In this document: piece by piece, positions 18,651 through 29,800 of the stretch
How the letters are laid out: every line of letters begins with the position of its first letter
How positions within the stretch are numbered: position 1 is the first letter of the stretch
Source: an uncultured delta proteobacterium
Lineage (GTDB): Bacteria; Myxococcota_A; Polyangia; Polyangiales; Polyangiaceae
NCBI GenBank assembly: GCA_963696385.1
Contig: CAVOKF010000004.1
Span: 768,001 to 832,000 of the forward strand
Length of the DNA stretch: 64,000 nucleotides
Reading direction: 5' to 3'
Notes under the pieces: generated by a model
Told to the model about the DNA's origin: nothing
The model's database searches: none
The model's input: the letters and a program-made list of their open reading frames with translations, nothing else
Position numbers and translations under genes: made by a program

Positions 18651-21600
18651 ATGATCCAGCGAATTGTGGCGGGCGCTCTTCGGATGCCGTTCGTGGTGTT
18701 CGCATTGGCCGTCCTGCTGGTTGTCGTTGGCCTCGTGGCCTACAAAGAGCTCGACATCGAAGCGTACCCCAATCCCGTCCCTCCGATGGTCGAAGCCATC
18801 ACCCAGCCCGAGGGATGGAGCGCCGAAGAGACCGAGCGGTACGTGACGGTACCCCTCGAGATCGGCTTTTTTGGAATGCCGGGCCTCGAGCACGTCCGGT
18901 CTTCGTCGCTGTTCGGATTGAGCGACGTGAAATGCTATTTTTCATGGGATACCACGTATCAAAACGCTCGCCAGGAGGTCATCAACCGCATCCAGTTCGT
19001 TTCGCTGCCGACCGGGATGCAGGCTGGACTATCGCCTTGGAATGCCATCGGTGAACTGTTCCGATATCGCGTGGTCGGCAAAGGCTACACGCTCACGGAT
19101 TTGAAGACGGCCGAAGACTGGATTCTCGAGCGGCAATTCAAACAAGTGCCGGGAGTCATCGACGTCACCAGCTACGGGGGGAAACGAAGGAATATCACGT
19201 CGAGGTAGACCCCTATCGCTTGCAAGGACAAGGATTGGGGCTCGGCAGTCTCATTACGGGGATTCAGAATGCGGATCAAAACGTGGGCGGTCAGCGCCTG
19301 TTCCTGGGCGAGCAAAGCTACGACATTCGCGGTATCGGCTTAATCGGCTCGGGCCAAACGCCCGTGCGCGACATTGGAAACGTCGTGATTGCCGAGCAAA
19401 AGGGAATCCCGGTCCGCGTCAAGGACATCGCGGACATCGACATGGGTCACGCGCCGAGGCTCGGGATCGTAGGTTACGACGATGACCCCGACGTCGTTCA
19501 GGGAATCGTCTTGATGCGCTACGGAGCCGAAACGCCGTCCACGCTCACCGGAATCCATGCGCGCGTCGACTACCTTCGCAAAAACCACATCTTGCCGCCC
19601 GGCATGGATATCGTGCCGTACTACGACCGCGGCGCCTTGGTCAAAGTCACCACGCACACGGTCATCGAAAACCTCGTGGTCGGCATGATCCTGGTCACGA
19701 CGATTTTGCTTATCTTTCTCGGGCACGCCCGAGCCGCACTCATCACGGCCATCAACATTCCGCTGGCTCTGCTCATCGCCTTCTGCGGGCTCGTTGCCTC
19801 GCGAACGTCGGCGAATCTGATTTCTCTCGGCGCGGTCGACTTTGGAATCGTCGTCGACTCGACCGTCATCATGATGGAAAACATCTTCCACCACCTCGGT
19901 CCTCACGGCCGGGGCAAGATGGTCGAGCGTATTCAGCAGAGCGCACGCGAGGTGGCGACGCCGATGACGTTCTCGACGCTCATCATTGGCGTCGCGTTTC
20001 TGCCTCTCTTCACGATGCCCGGCGTGTCTGGCGTCATCTTCGCGCCCATGGCTCGGACCTATGCTTTTGCCATCGGAGGTGCCATTTGCCTGGCTCTGAC
20101 GCTCACACCGGTGCTCGCGTCCAAACTGATTCCCGCCCATAGCGAAGAAAAAGACAGCTTCGTGATGCAGCTTCTCGGACGCTTCTACTACCCGCTGTTC
20201 GCCATGGTGGTACGCCATGCCAAGATCGCGGCCCCCTTCGCCCTGATTCCAATCCTGGCGCCTGTGTTTCTATTTCCGACGCTGGGGCGCGAATTCATGC
20301 CCAAGCTCGAGGAAGGCAACTTCTGGATTCGCGCCACCTTGCCCATGTCCATCTCACTCGACCAGTCGGCCAAGTACGTCGGCCGGATTCGCTCGATCCT
20401 CCGAGGCTGTCCAACGGATCCGCAGATCCCCTGCGATGATGCCCATCGAAAGTATCCCGAGGTGGTCACGGTCGTGTCTCAGTTGGGCCGTCCGGACGAC
20501 GGAACGGACGTTTCGGGATTTTACAATATCGAGCTCTTCGCCCCTTTGAAGCCGTTCGACGAGTGGCGCCGCGGTTTGACGAAGGAAAAGCTAACGGACG
20601 AGATCAACCACGCGCTAACGGAGGCTTTTCCGGGCGTCCTGTTCAATTTCTCTCAATACATCAGCGACAATGTCGAAGAGGCTCTCAGTGGAGTCAAAGG
20701 CGAGAACTCGGTCAAGGTGTTTGGCAGCGACCTCGCCAGCAACGAGAAAGTGGCGGACGCGATTGTAGACGTCATGGGCAAGGTGCCCGGCATCGCAGAT
20801 CTCGGTCATTTCAAATCGATGGGCCAGCCCAACATCAAGATCACTCCGGATCGCGAGCTGTGTGCTCGCTATGGGCTCAATACGGGCGACGTCGACGCGG
20901 TCATCCAAGCGGCGATCGGCGGCCAGGCGATCGTTCAAGTGTACGAGGGCGAGAAGCACTTCGACCTCACGGTACGATGGAAGCCGCAATATCGGATGAG
21001 CCTCGAGGCGATACGCGAAATCAGAGTCGCGACGCCCGACGGGATGCACCTTCCGCTAGGCCAGATCGCCACGATTCAGATCGCGGACGGCCCCGCCATC
21101 ATCTACCGCGAAGATGCCGTCCGGTATTCCCCCGTGAAGTTCAGCGTCCGCGGACGCGACCTGGCCAGCACGATCGGCGCGGCGCAATCCGCGATCGAGC
21201 AGGATATCCCCCCGTGTGAGAAGGCCGGGGGCGCCAAGGTCTGCCGACCATACGATACGCGGCTCGAGTGGTCCGGTGAAATCAATGAATTGCACGAGGC
21301 CGAGGACCGGCTGACCATCATCATCCCCGTCACGATTTTGCTCATCACGTTTCTCACGTACAGCGCCGTCAAGACGTGGGCGGACACCATCCTCGTGCTC
21401 ACCAACATTCCGGTCGCGTGCACGGGTGGTGTGTTGGCTCTCCTTTTGACCGGCACGAATTTTTCGGTCTCTGCGGCGATGGGATTCATTTCGATCTTCG
21501 GCATTGCGATTCAGGATTCCATTCTCGTCGTCACGTACTTCCAGCGTCTTCGGGGGACGGAAGGGCACGGTATCGAGCAGGCGGCTCGAGAGGCGGCGGA

Positions 21601-21832
21601 GAAGCGACTGCGCCCCTGCTTGATGACCACGCTGGTCGCTATGATCGGTCTTTTTCCCGCCGCGGTTTCGAACGGCATCGGCTCTCAGACCCAAAAGCCG
21701 TTGGCCATCGTCGTCATCGGGGGCTCGATGATGTTGGCTCTCGTCGCGCGCATGGTGCAGCCCCCGCTGCTCGTCGTGGCGCACACATGGCTCAAGCGGT
21801 TCCAGCGTGGCCCCGAGCCGGAAGAAGCTTGA
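18651..21832 (+). CDS. czcA: CzcA/CusA-family heavy-metal RND permease, copy 1 (frameshift at G6, 19176-19181)
   Basis: LDIEAYPNP, GAVDFGIVVDS..MMEN, QKPLAIVVIGG; one extra G joins SYGG-ETKEYHVEVDP, colinear with copy 2. Confidence 0.9.
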
Positions 21833-21905
21833 ACCGACCGCGCTGGATCGGCCGCCGTACCGTGGGCGTAGACGGTCGCGCCCACTCCCGGGCCAGGTCC
21901 GAACG

Positions 21906-22124
21906 CTCAACGATTCTGCGAAAGCAGCGTGGAGGGTCGCCCGAGCGTGCTCCGCAATGTCGCCGCTTCCGCGCACGGTTTGCGCCATGCGACCACCGGC
22001 GAGGCAATCACTCCGTGCTGGCTGCGTTGGCGTCGAAACGGCAAAAAAAACGGATCGCCGGCGTTTCCGCAGCGGCGGGACGCCAGGCGACTTAGGATGA
22101 AGACTACGGGCCCCTCCGGCTGAG
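21906..22124 (+). pseudogene. Decayed copy of the P-II-like gene, downstream of czcA copy 1
   Basis: Broken frames give L....KA, NV....HGLRHA...EA, L.......RI and terminal PAE, in the same order as in 26412..26723. Confidence 0.45.
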
Positions 22125-22213
22125 CCGCGCTTCTCCAACGCGACAGGCCGCTCGCCGTCGTGGCGCACCCACAGCGTTTTAGAAAACATTTAGTGGGCGC
22201 CCCTTATATTCCC

Positions 22214-22372
22214 GCGATATCGCGGCGCGATATCGAGACAACCAGCAGCGACCTTCCGACTTTTTTTCGCGCGCTTCAGAGGCCCGTCGCGGCCCCAGTC
22301 GATGATTTCGGGATTATCACCCGCTGGCGGACGGCCGTCTAAGAGCTCATTGCAAGCGGTACGGAGTGCACG
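22214..22372 (+). pseudogene. Decayed 3' end of a second czcC
   Basis: ISRRDIETTSSDLPTFFRALQRPVAAPVDDFGIITRWRTAV*EL vs ITRLQYEKGAASLSDFLLALQTYIATKIEYFGDLTNYWTAVYQL; shared DNA gcgcttcaga and ggacggccgtcta. Confidence 0.75.
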
Positions 22373-23563
22373 ATGACACGCATCACCGGACATATCAGCG
22401 CGCTGGCCGTCATCGTGTTCGCCGCACTGGAAGTTTCGTGTCACGCGTCGCAAGCCGCGCCGGAAGCCGCGGGTGAAGTCCCCCCTAGCGATCAGGTATG
22501 GCTGACGCCCGCCCAGGTCGCCGAGGCCAAGATTCAGGTGGCTGCGGTCGGCGATCACGTGGTGGACGAAACGCTGCTCACGAGCGGGACCGTCACCCTC
22601 GACGATCTTCGTAGCGGCCACGTGTTTTCGCCCGTCACCGGACGCGTCACCAAGATCGTGGCGCAGCTCGGCCAACGCGTGAAAAAGGGTGACCCGCTCG
22701 CCATCATCGAATCCCCCGACATCGGCAACGCAGTGAGCGACGTCCACAAGGCGGAGGCCGATCTCATCGCCGCCGAGCACAACCTGGACCGCAAGAAGGC
22801 CCTGTACGCTCAAAAGGCGGCATCGGCGGCCGATGTCGAGACGTCGGAAGACGCCGAGCGAAACGCCAAGGCCGAGCTTGAACGGGCGCGCCAAAAGCAG
22901 TTTCTGCTGCGCGTGGGCAACGTCGACGCCGTGACGCAGACCTATACGCTGTCCTCCCCCATCGACGGTGAAGTGTTGTTGCGCAACATCAACCCCGGCA
23001 TCGAAGTCCAGGGCCAGTACAGCGGCGGGGCCGGCAACAACTGTCTACCGGGTCTCATGACCAACGCCGTGTGCGGGGAGTTGTTCACCATTGGCGAGCT
23101 CGACAAGGTCTGGGTGCTGGGCGACATTTACGAGATCGATATGGGACGCGTCCACGTCGGCGCGCCCGCGAAGGTCACGACCGTTGCGTATCCCGGCCGC
23201 GTGTTCACCGGCACGGTCGATTGGGTGAGCGGGGCCATGGACTCGAACACGCGTACGGCGAAAGTGCGTTGCACGTTCGACAACCCCGACGGGCAACTGC
23301 GACCCATGATGTACGTCACCGTTCAAATCTCGGTCGACCCGAGAGAGGCGCTCGCCATCCCGAGAAGCGCGATGGTTCGCCTGGGCGAGTACAAGGTCGT
23401 CTTCGTGCAAATCGGCGAAGCGAACGGTCGAGTGCGCTTCGAACGACTGCCAGTCGCCGTGGATGAAAGCGCGGGCACTCCCTACGTGGCCGTGAAGCAC
23501 GGCGTCGAGATGGGCCAGCGAATTGTCGTCGAGGGCGCGGCGGCCTTGGCGCAAAGGCTTTGA
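22373..23563 (+). CDS. czcB: RND efflux periplasmic adaptor (CzcB-like), copy 3
   Basis: Close paralog of 4457..5653 (roughly 85-90% aa identity by eye). Confidence 0.92.
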   Translation: MTRITGHISALAVIVFAALEVSCHASQAAPEAAGEVPPSDQVWLTPAQVAEAKIQVAAVGDHVVDETLLTSGTVTLDDLRSGHVFSPVTGRVTKIVAQLGQRVKKGDPLAIIESPDIGNAVSDVHKAEADLIAAEHNLDRKKALYAQKAASAADVETSEDAERNAKAELERARQKQFLLRVGNVDAVTQTYTLSSPIDGEVLLRNINPGIEVQGQYSGGAGNNCLPGLMTNAVCGELFTIGELDKVWVLGDIYEIDMGRVHVGAPAKVTTVAYPGRVFTGTVDWVSGAMDSNTRTAKVRCTFDNPDGQLRPMMYVTVQISVDPREALAIPRSAMVRLGEYKVVFVQIGEANGRVRFERLPVAVDESAGTPYVAVKHGVEMGQRIVVEGAAALAQRL

Positions 23564-23585
23564 GGCGGGTCTCATCGACCCGAAA

Positions 23586-23605
23586 CTTCAGATTTCTTCA
23601 GATTA
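23586..23605. promoter_or_regulatory. Tandem direct repeat, possible OmpR-family binding site
   Basis: CTTCAGATTT-CTTCAGATTA, 10-bp period, AT-rich, about 100 bp upstream of ORF 23706. Confidence 0.35.
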
Positions 23606-23705
23606 AGGGGTCGCAACAAGCCGTCGTGCAACGGCCGTCGTTCGGGCGCGGATGAATGTCGTGCGCTAGGCTGGTCGTTATCGGTCCCTGCCATGGAGGA
23701 ATCGC

Positions 23706-23936
23706 ATGCTCAGCAGCGTTCGTGACCTTCCGCAAAGCCCCTATCGTCAGCCAGCGGCTCGACGTCGCGAAGTACAAGGTCCCCGCGAGGCCTCGGCGGG
23801 GGTCGTGACCTGCTTCGTCGTGCTTCTGTTCGTACTCACCGAAGCGCTTTCGGCCGAACCCCCGCCGGGGGCAAGCTTCGGCGGTCTCGACGCGTATGGC
23901 TCGATGGCCCCTTCCGAGGTCCTCGCGGGTCGCTAG
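23706..23936 (+). CDS. Small hypothetical membrane protein
   Basis: GGAGGA RBS, SPYR motif, one hydrophobic helix. Confidence 0.45.
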   Translation: MLSSVRDLPQSPYRQPAARRREVQGPREASAGVVTCFVVLLFVLTEALSAEPPPGASFGGLDAYGSMAPSEVLAGR

Positions 23937-24096
23937 CCTCTTCCCGTGTCACTCGCCTGCCCGAGCTCGGGTCTCGTGTCTTGCGCGAAGCAGAGCGGCG
24001 CCCGGGGCATTATCGGCGCGCATCCGCTCACTTATGTGTCTCTAGAGAATCTCATCCGAAGCAAGCGGGTTCCCCGGATGGGGTAGTAAGGTCAGA

Positions 24097-26286
24097 ATGC
24101 TCGGTCGCATGATTCGTTTGGTGTATGCGTTTCTTTTCGTGGGCCTCGTCACAGCGGGCGTTGTCGCCGGGTGTGCGCAGACGGGCGGCCATGACGTCTT
24201 CGGGCCGGGAAGCTCGGTAAGCGCAGGTGGGCTGCCGGTTGGGGATGGCGGCGGTGCCCTCCTCTTGGCGGGCGACGGCTCCGGTGCCACCCTGGTGGGG
24301 GTTCAGGCCAATACGGGGACGTGTCCCTCCGGCATTACGAGCGTCGCGATTGCCCCGCCGACGCTGAGCACCACGGTCACCTACGGGGGAACCGCTCCGT
24401 CAGTCGAGCAGCCATTCACCGCAACGGCCACTCTGGCCGACGGCGGGACGGCCGACATCACCAGTTGCGCGGGCTGGAGCACGAGCGATCCGGTGTTGGC
24501 GACGGCCCCCGGCGGCAACTTCTCGACGACGAATGCGGGTCTATTCACGGTGACCGCCATCGCCGGGGCGGCCGGGTCGGCGCAGGGGACCGCGACGGTG
24601 ACGGTGAAGGTGACCGGCACGGTCAACCCGAGCAACATGGACACGACGGAGCTCGACGGGACCCCGAGCGGCACGGCGCCGCAGATCACGTATCCGCTCG
24701 ATGGGGCGCTCTTTCCGTTTCACTTTGGCGATTTGGCGTTCCAGGTCGTTCCGAGCGCGTCGAACCAGACCCTCGCGCGGATCGCGTTCGAGGGCGACGC
24801 GATCGATGTCGACGTGTATGCCCCCTGCACGCCGATCCCGAACGCGGTGATTGCCGGCGCATGCTCGATCGCCATTCCGGCGGGGCTCGAGCAGGACCTC
24901 GCCGGCGCGAGCGGCGCGCAGAACATGACCGAAACCGTGCGGCTCGCCGGCGCCGACGGGTCCAATCTCGCCGAGAGCAGCTCCATCGACGTTCGGTGGG
25001 CGTCGAGCACGTTGCCCGGATCCATTTATTACTGGAGCTCGCCTCCCTCCACGATGATGGCCGCGAGCGAAGTCGTTCGCATGAATCTGCAAGAGGCCGG
25101 CACGCCTCCGGAGGTCTTCTACCAGTGGCTCGATGCGGTACCGTACGCCCCGCCGCTGAGCGGGGGATGGGCGTGCATCGGCTGCCACGCTATTTCGCAA
25201 GACGGAAAGAAGATGGGCATCGCGATCGGCGGCGCGTCGATCGCGGCGAACGGCGATGGCAACGGGTCGTTCTTCGCCTTGATCGACATCGCAACGAGAA
25301 CGCCTCTCGCCGCACAAATCGTCGGCGATGCGGGCCAGTTTCTGCAAGACGGCTTCGCGACGTTCAGCACGTTCTCTCCGGACGACCTGACGATGGTGCA
25401 AGAGCTCCAGGGTGCGCTCTACCTGCGTACGGCCGATGCGACGCTCGCGAGCACCGGTCCTCTCTTCCCGACGATGACCGAGATGCAGACGCACCCCTAC
25501 TGGTCGGCTAAAGGCGACCTGCTCGCGTTCTCGAGCTGGGTGCCGACGCTGACCATCCCGCACGCCTACGACTCCAAAGACCTGAACGGCAACGAGACGC
25601 CCAACGCGCAAATCTGGACGGCTCCGGTCACGGGCACGACGTTCGGTACGCCCACGGTCCTCGTCCCGCGCGCCACCAACCTCACCGAATATTATCCCGC
25701 GATATCGGACGACAGTCAGTTCGTCGTCTTCAACGAGTCTTCCTGCAGCGGGCCGCCGACGCCGACCGGCGACGGCTATGGATCGAGCCCGTGCGACGGG
25801 TACGACGATCCGTCGGCCCGCCTGCGCCTCGTCCGGACGAGCGGCGGCACGCCCTTGGAGCTCGATCAGGCGAGCGGCCGAACCAGTACATGGCCTGCCG
25901 AGGGCGGAGGCACGTGGACCAACTCGTGGCCGCGCTTCTCCCCGACGCACGGCATCTTCCAGGGCAAGACCCTCTACTGGGTTGCCTTTTCTTCGCGCAG
26001 ACCCTACGGCGCCACGCTTGCCGGATCGCAAGCCGGAGCTTCCATTCCGCAGATTTGGTTCGCCGCGGTAGCCGTCGATTCGACCGGGGCGCTTTCCGGC
26101 GATCCCAGCTTCGCGCCCGTCTGGCTTCCGCAGCAGAACAGCCCGACGCCCGAGGTTCTTTGGGACGGCGGCACCGCTGCCCCCACGGGCGACGGCGGAG
26201 CGACCGGCAACCATCTCCCCCAGTGGGTGTACACGTACGTTCCCTACGTGCCGCCCCAGATGCCGCCTCCGCCGCCTCCGCGGTGA
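24097..26286 (+). CDS. Lipoprotein with Ig-like domain, CxxCH motif and TolB-like beta-propeller
   Basis: Lipobox VAGC; CIGCH; PD40-like repeats HPYWSAKGD, YPAISDD, WPRFSP, AFSSRR. Confidence 0.75.
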   Translation: MLGRMIRLVYAFLFVGLVTAGVVAGCAQTGGHDVFGPGSSVSAGGLPVGDGGGALLLAGDGSGATLVGVQANTGTCPSGITSVAIAPPTLSTTVTYGGTAPSVEQPFTATATLADGGTADITSCAGWSTSDPVLATAPGGNFSTTNAGLFTVTAIAGAAGSAQGTATVTVKVTGTVNPSNMDTTELDGTPSGTAPQITYPLDGALFPFHFGDLAFQVVPSASNQTLARIAFEGDAIDVDVYAPCTPIPNAVIAGACSIAIPAGLEQDLAGASGAQNMTETVRLAGADGSNLAESSSIDVRWASSTLPGSIYYWSSPPSTMMAASEVVRMNLQEAGTPPEVFYQWLDAVPYAPPLSGGWACIGCHAISQDGKKMGIAIGGASIAANGDGNGSFFALIDIATRTPLAAQIVGDAGQFLQDGFATFSTFSPDDLTMVQELQGALYLRTADATLASTGPLFPTMTEMQTHPYWSAKGDLLAFSSWVPTLTIPHAYDSKDLNGNETPNAQIWTAPVTGTTFGTPTVLVPRATNLTEYYPAISDDSQFVVFNESSCSGPPTPTGDGYGSSPCDGYDDPSARLRLVRTSGGTPLELDQASGRTSTWPAEGGGTWTNSWPRFSPTHGIFQGKTLYWVAFSSRRPYGATLAGSQAGASIPQIWFAAVAVDSTGALSGDPSFAPVWLPQQNSPTPEVLWDGGTAAPTGDGGATGNHLPQWVYTYVPYVPPQMPPPPPPR

Positions 26287-26411
26287 CCCGTTGCGGATCG
26301 AGAGGCGTTCGGAAGAGCCGACGATCGTCGCGACAGTCGGCGCCCATCTGACAAGGCGATCGCAGGCTCGATGATGCGAGCGGCAGGCCGCTCCAACGCT
26401 CGGCGAGCGAC

Positions 26412-26723
26412 TCACGTCGTCCGAAAGTTCTCCGCGGGCATCGCGTCCACCTCGTGGAGGTAGGCGATAATCGGCTGACCGGCGTATTTGTTCGCGATGA
26501 TTTCGAGAATCCTCTCGGCCAGCGTGGGGGCGACGAGCATCTCGAGACGCAAGCTCGACGCGTCGACGAGGCCGGCCGTCCGAAGGCCGTGCAGCCCGAG
26601 GCCATCGACCTTGCCGATACTGTAGGCCGTCACCCCGATCGCTTTCAGATCGCTCGCGAGCCGCGGCTCGAGTTCGAACGCCGCGACCACCGTAACCAGG
26701 GTGACTTTTGCTTTCTCCACCAT
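26412..26723 (-). CDS. P-II-like (SbtB/GlnB superfamily) small protein
   Basis: GAGGAGG RBS, 103 aa, LVTVVA...GVTAYSI..V.G.G.HG.R...LRLEMLV; follows czcA copy 2. Confidence 0.7.
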   Translation of the reverse strand: MVEKAKVTLVTVVAAFELEPRLASDLKAIGVTAYSIGKVDGLGLHGLRTAGLVDASSLRLEMLVAPTLAERILEIIANKYAGQPIIAYLHEVDAMPAENFRTT

Positions 26724-26835
26724 CGCGACCTCCTCGTGCAGCAAGGCGGCGCCGCCGGCTCGTTGGCCTCCGGCGGCGCGGCTCCCATCGGCTTGCGGGA
26801 TGTTCTGGGACAATCGGTCAAGACGGCCGAGCCGT

Positions 26836-29800
26836 TCAGGCCTCCACCGGCTCCGCGGGTCCGTCGCCTCCGTGACGCGCCCTCCAGTCCTCCAGCCAGT
26901 GATGCGCCAGCACCAAGAGCGGCGGCTGCAGGATGCGCGTGAGAGCCGCCAGAATGAGCGACCCGCCGATGACGACGATGGCCAGCGGTTTTTGGGTTTG
27001 CGCCCCGATGCCGTTCGAAAGGGCCGCCGGCATGAGACCGAGCATCGCGACGAGAGTCGTCATGAGCACGGGTCGGAACCGCTTCTCGGCGGCCTCGCGC
27101 GCGGCTTGCTCGATCGAGTGACCTTCCGTGTTGCGAAGGCGTTGAAAGTACGTGACGATGAGAATGGCGTCTTGAATGGCGATTCCGAAGATCGAAATGA
27201 ACCCCATGGCCGCGGAGACCGAGAAGGTCGTTCCCGTGATCAGCAGAGCGAGCACCCCGCCGGTGCACGCGACGGGGATGTCGATGAGAATGATCATCGT
27301 GTCCACCCAGTTGCCGACCGCAATGTAGACGACGAACCCGATGAGCAAGATCGTGAGGGGGATGATGATCATCAGGCGGTTCTCGACGCTGTTGAGCTCC
27401 TGGATCTCGCCCTCCCACTCGAGATGCATGCCGTACGGTAGGTGGACTTGCTCCTTGATCTTCTTTTGGGCGTCCGCGATGGCCCCGGCGAGGTCGCGGC
27501 CCCGAACGCCGAATTTCACCGGCGCGTAACGCTGCAGGTTTTCGCGATAGATGCTCGTCGGGCCCGTGACCTGCTCCACCGTCGCGATCTGCCCGAGCGG
27601 GATGTAAGCCCCGGAAGGCGTCGATACCGTGATTTCGCGTATCGCCTCGATCGAAGAACGGTATTTCTCCTGCCATCGCACCGTGAGATCGAAGAACTTG
27701 TCGCCTTCGTACACTTCGACAATCGGGCTGCCATTGCCGGTGAGTCCGCCGAGCGCCGACTGCACCACGTTGGCGGCGTCGCCGGTGTTGAGCCCGTAGC
27801 GGGCGAGCGCCTTTCTGTCCGGCGTGATCTTGACGTCCGGCTGCCCCAGCGACCGGAAGAGCCCGAGGTCCACGATGCCGGGCACCGTCCGCATGACGTC
27901 GACGACCTGTCCGGCCACCTTCTCGTTCTGATCGATGTCGCGCCCGAAGATCTTGACCGAGTTGGCGCCTTTGACCCCGGCGGTGGCCTCCTCGACGTTG
28001 TCGAGGATGTACTGCGAGAAGTTGAAAAGGGTGCCCGGAAACGCTTCCGACAGCTCACGGTTGAGCTCGTCGGTCAGCTTGTCCTTCGTCATGCCGCGCG
28101 GCCACTCGTCGAACGGCTTGAGCGGAGCGAAGAACTCGATGTTGAAGAACCCGGTGACGTCCGTGCCGTCGTCCGGGCGCCCGAGCTGCGAGATGACGGT
28201 GACGACTTCCGGATGCTTGCGGTTCGCTTCGGTGCACGCGCTCGTCGGATCGTCCGGACACCCGCGCAGGATTCGGCGCATTCGCGTCGTGTACTCGGCC
28301 GACTTTTCCAACGAAATCGACATCGGCATCGTCGCGCGGATCCAGAGATTGCCTTCCTCGAGCTTCGGCATGAAGTCGCGCCCGAGCAGGGGGAAGAGCG
28401 CGACGCACGCGAAGATGGGAATCGCCCGAAAGACCAGTGCCGTCTTCGGCCTGCGGAGCGCAGCGTCGAAGAAGGGATTGTAGACCTTGTGAAGAAAGTG
28501 CATGACGAAGTTCTCTTTTTCCTCGTGCTGTGCGGGGACGAATTTCGCGGCCAGGACGGGTGTCAAGGTCAGCGCAAACAGGATCGCTCCGGCGATCGCC
28601 GTCGCGTAAGTCCGCGCCATGGGCCCGAAGATGGCGCCCGGCACGCCGACCAACGTGAACAGCGGCAGGAATGCCAGGCCGATGATGAGCGTCGAGTACG
28701 TCATCGGCGTGCCCACTTCGCGTGCGCCCGCGAGCACCCGCTCGTTCATCGTGCCGCTTCCACTGGGGCCCAGGCGCCGGAAGATGTTCTCCATCATGAT
28801 GATCGTCGAGTCGACGACGATGCCGAAATCGACGGCTCCGAGCGACAGCAGGTTGGCCGACTGGCCCGTGGCGACGAGCGCGATGATCGCCACCGTCAAA
28901 GCCAGCGGGATGTTGAGCGCGGTGATGAGTGCGGCCCGGAAGTCGCTGAGAAAGAGCACCAGAACGAGCACGACGAGGCCCATTCCGATGAGGACGTTCT
29001 CGAGAACCGTGTGAATGGTCAGCTTCGTGAGTTCGCCGCGATCGTAGTAGGGCACGAGCTTCATGCCGGGCGGAAGCAGATTGTTCTCTTCGATGAACCG
29101 GACTTTCTCTTTGATTCCGGCGAGCGTCGGGTTGGCCTGGCCGGCGTAGCGCATCAGCACGATGCCCTGCACCACGTCGTCCTCGTCGTCGTGGCCCACC
29201 ATCCCGAGGCGCGGCGCGTATCCGACGGTGACGTCCGCGACGTCATGGACGCGGACCGGTGTGCCGGTGTTCAGGCCATTGGCGGTCGGCCCTTGCGAGA
29301 TGACGACGTCATTGATGTCGCTGAGCGGCGAGTCGAAATAGCCGAGCAGGCCGATCCCGCGAACGTCGTAGGACTGTTCGCCAATCGACAGACGCTGGCC
29401 GCCGACGTTTTCGTTGGCGTTCTGGAGAGCCGCGATCGTCTGGGTGAGCGTCACGCCGTGGCCGCGAAGACGGTACGGGTCGACGTCGACGTGGTACTGC
29501 TTGGTGGTCCCGCCATAGCTCGTCACGTCGATGACGCCTTGGACTTGTCGCCACTGGCGCTCCATGATCCAGTCCTCGGCGGTCTTCTTGTCGGTCAGCG
29601 TGTATCCCTTGCCTTCGAGCGTGTAACGAAACACCTCGCCGATGGCGTTCCACGGCGAAATTTGGGACGACAGACCGTTGGGCAGCTGGATCCAGGTCGT
29701 CATGCGATTGATGACTTCCTGACGGTCGGCCCAATAGTCCGTCCCCCACGCGAAATAGCACTTGATGTCGCTGAGACTGAAAAGCGATTGCGACCGGATG

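Noticed and set aside
22212..22235. CCGCGATATCGCGG palindrome as an operator
   Set aside because: Lies within the czcC relic; no independent support
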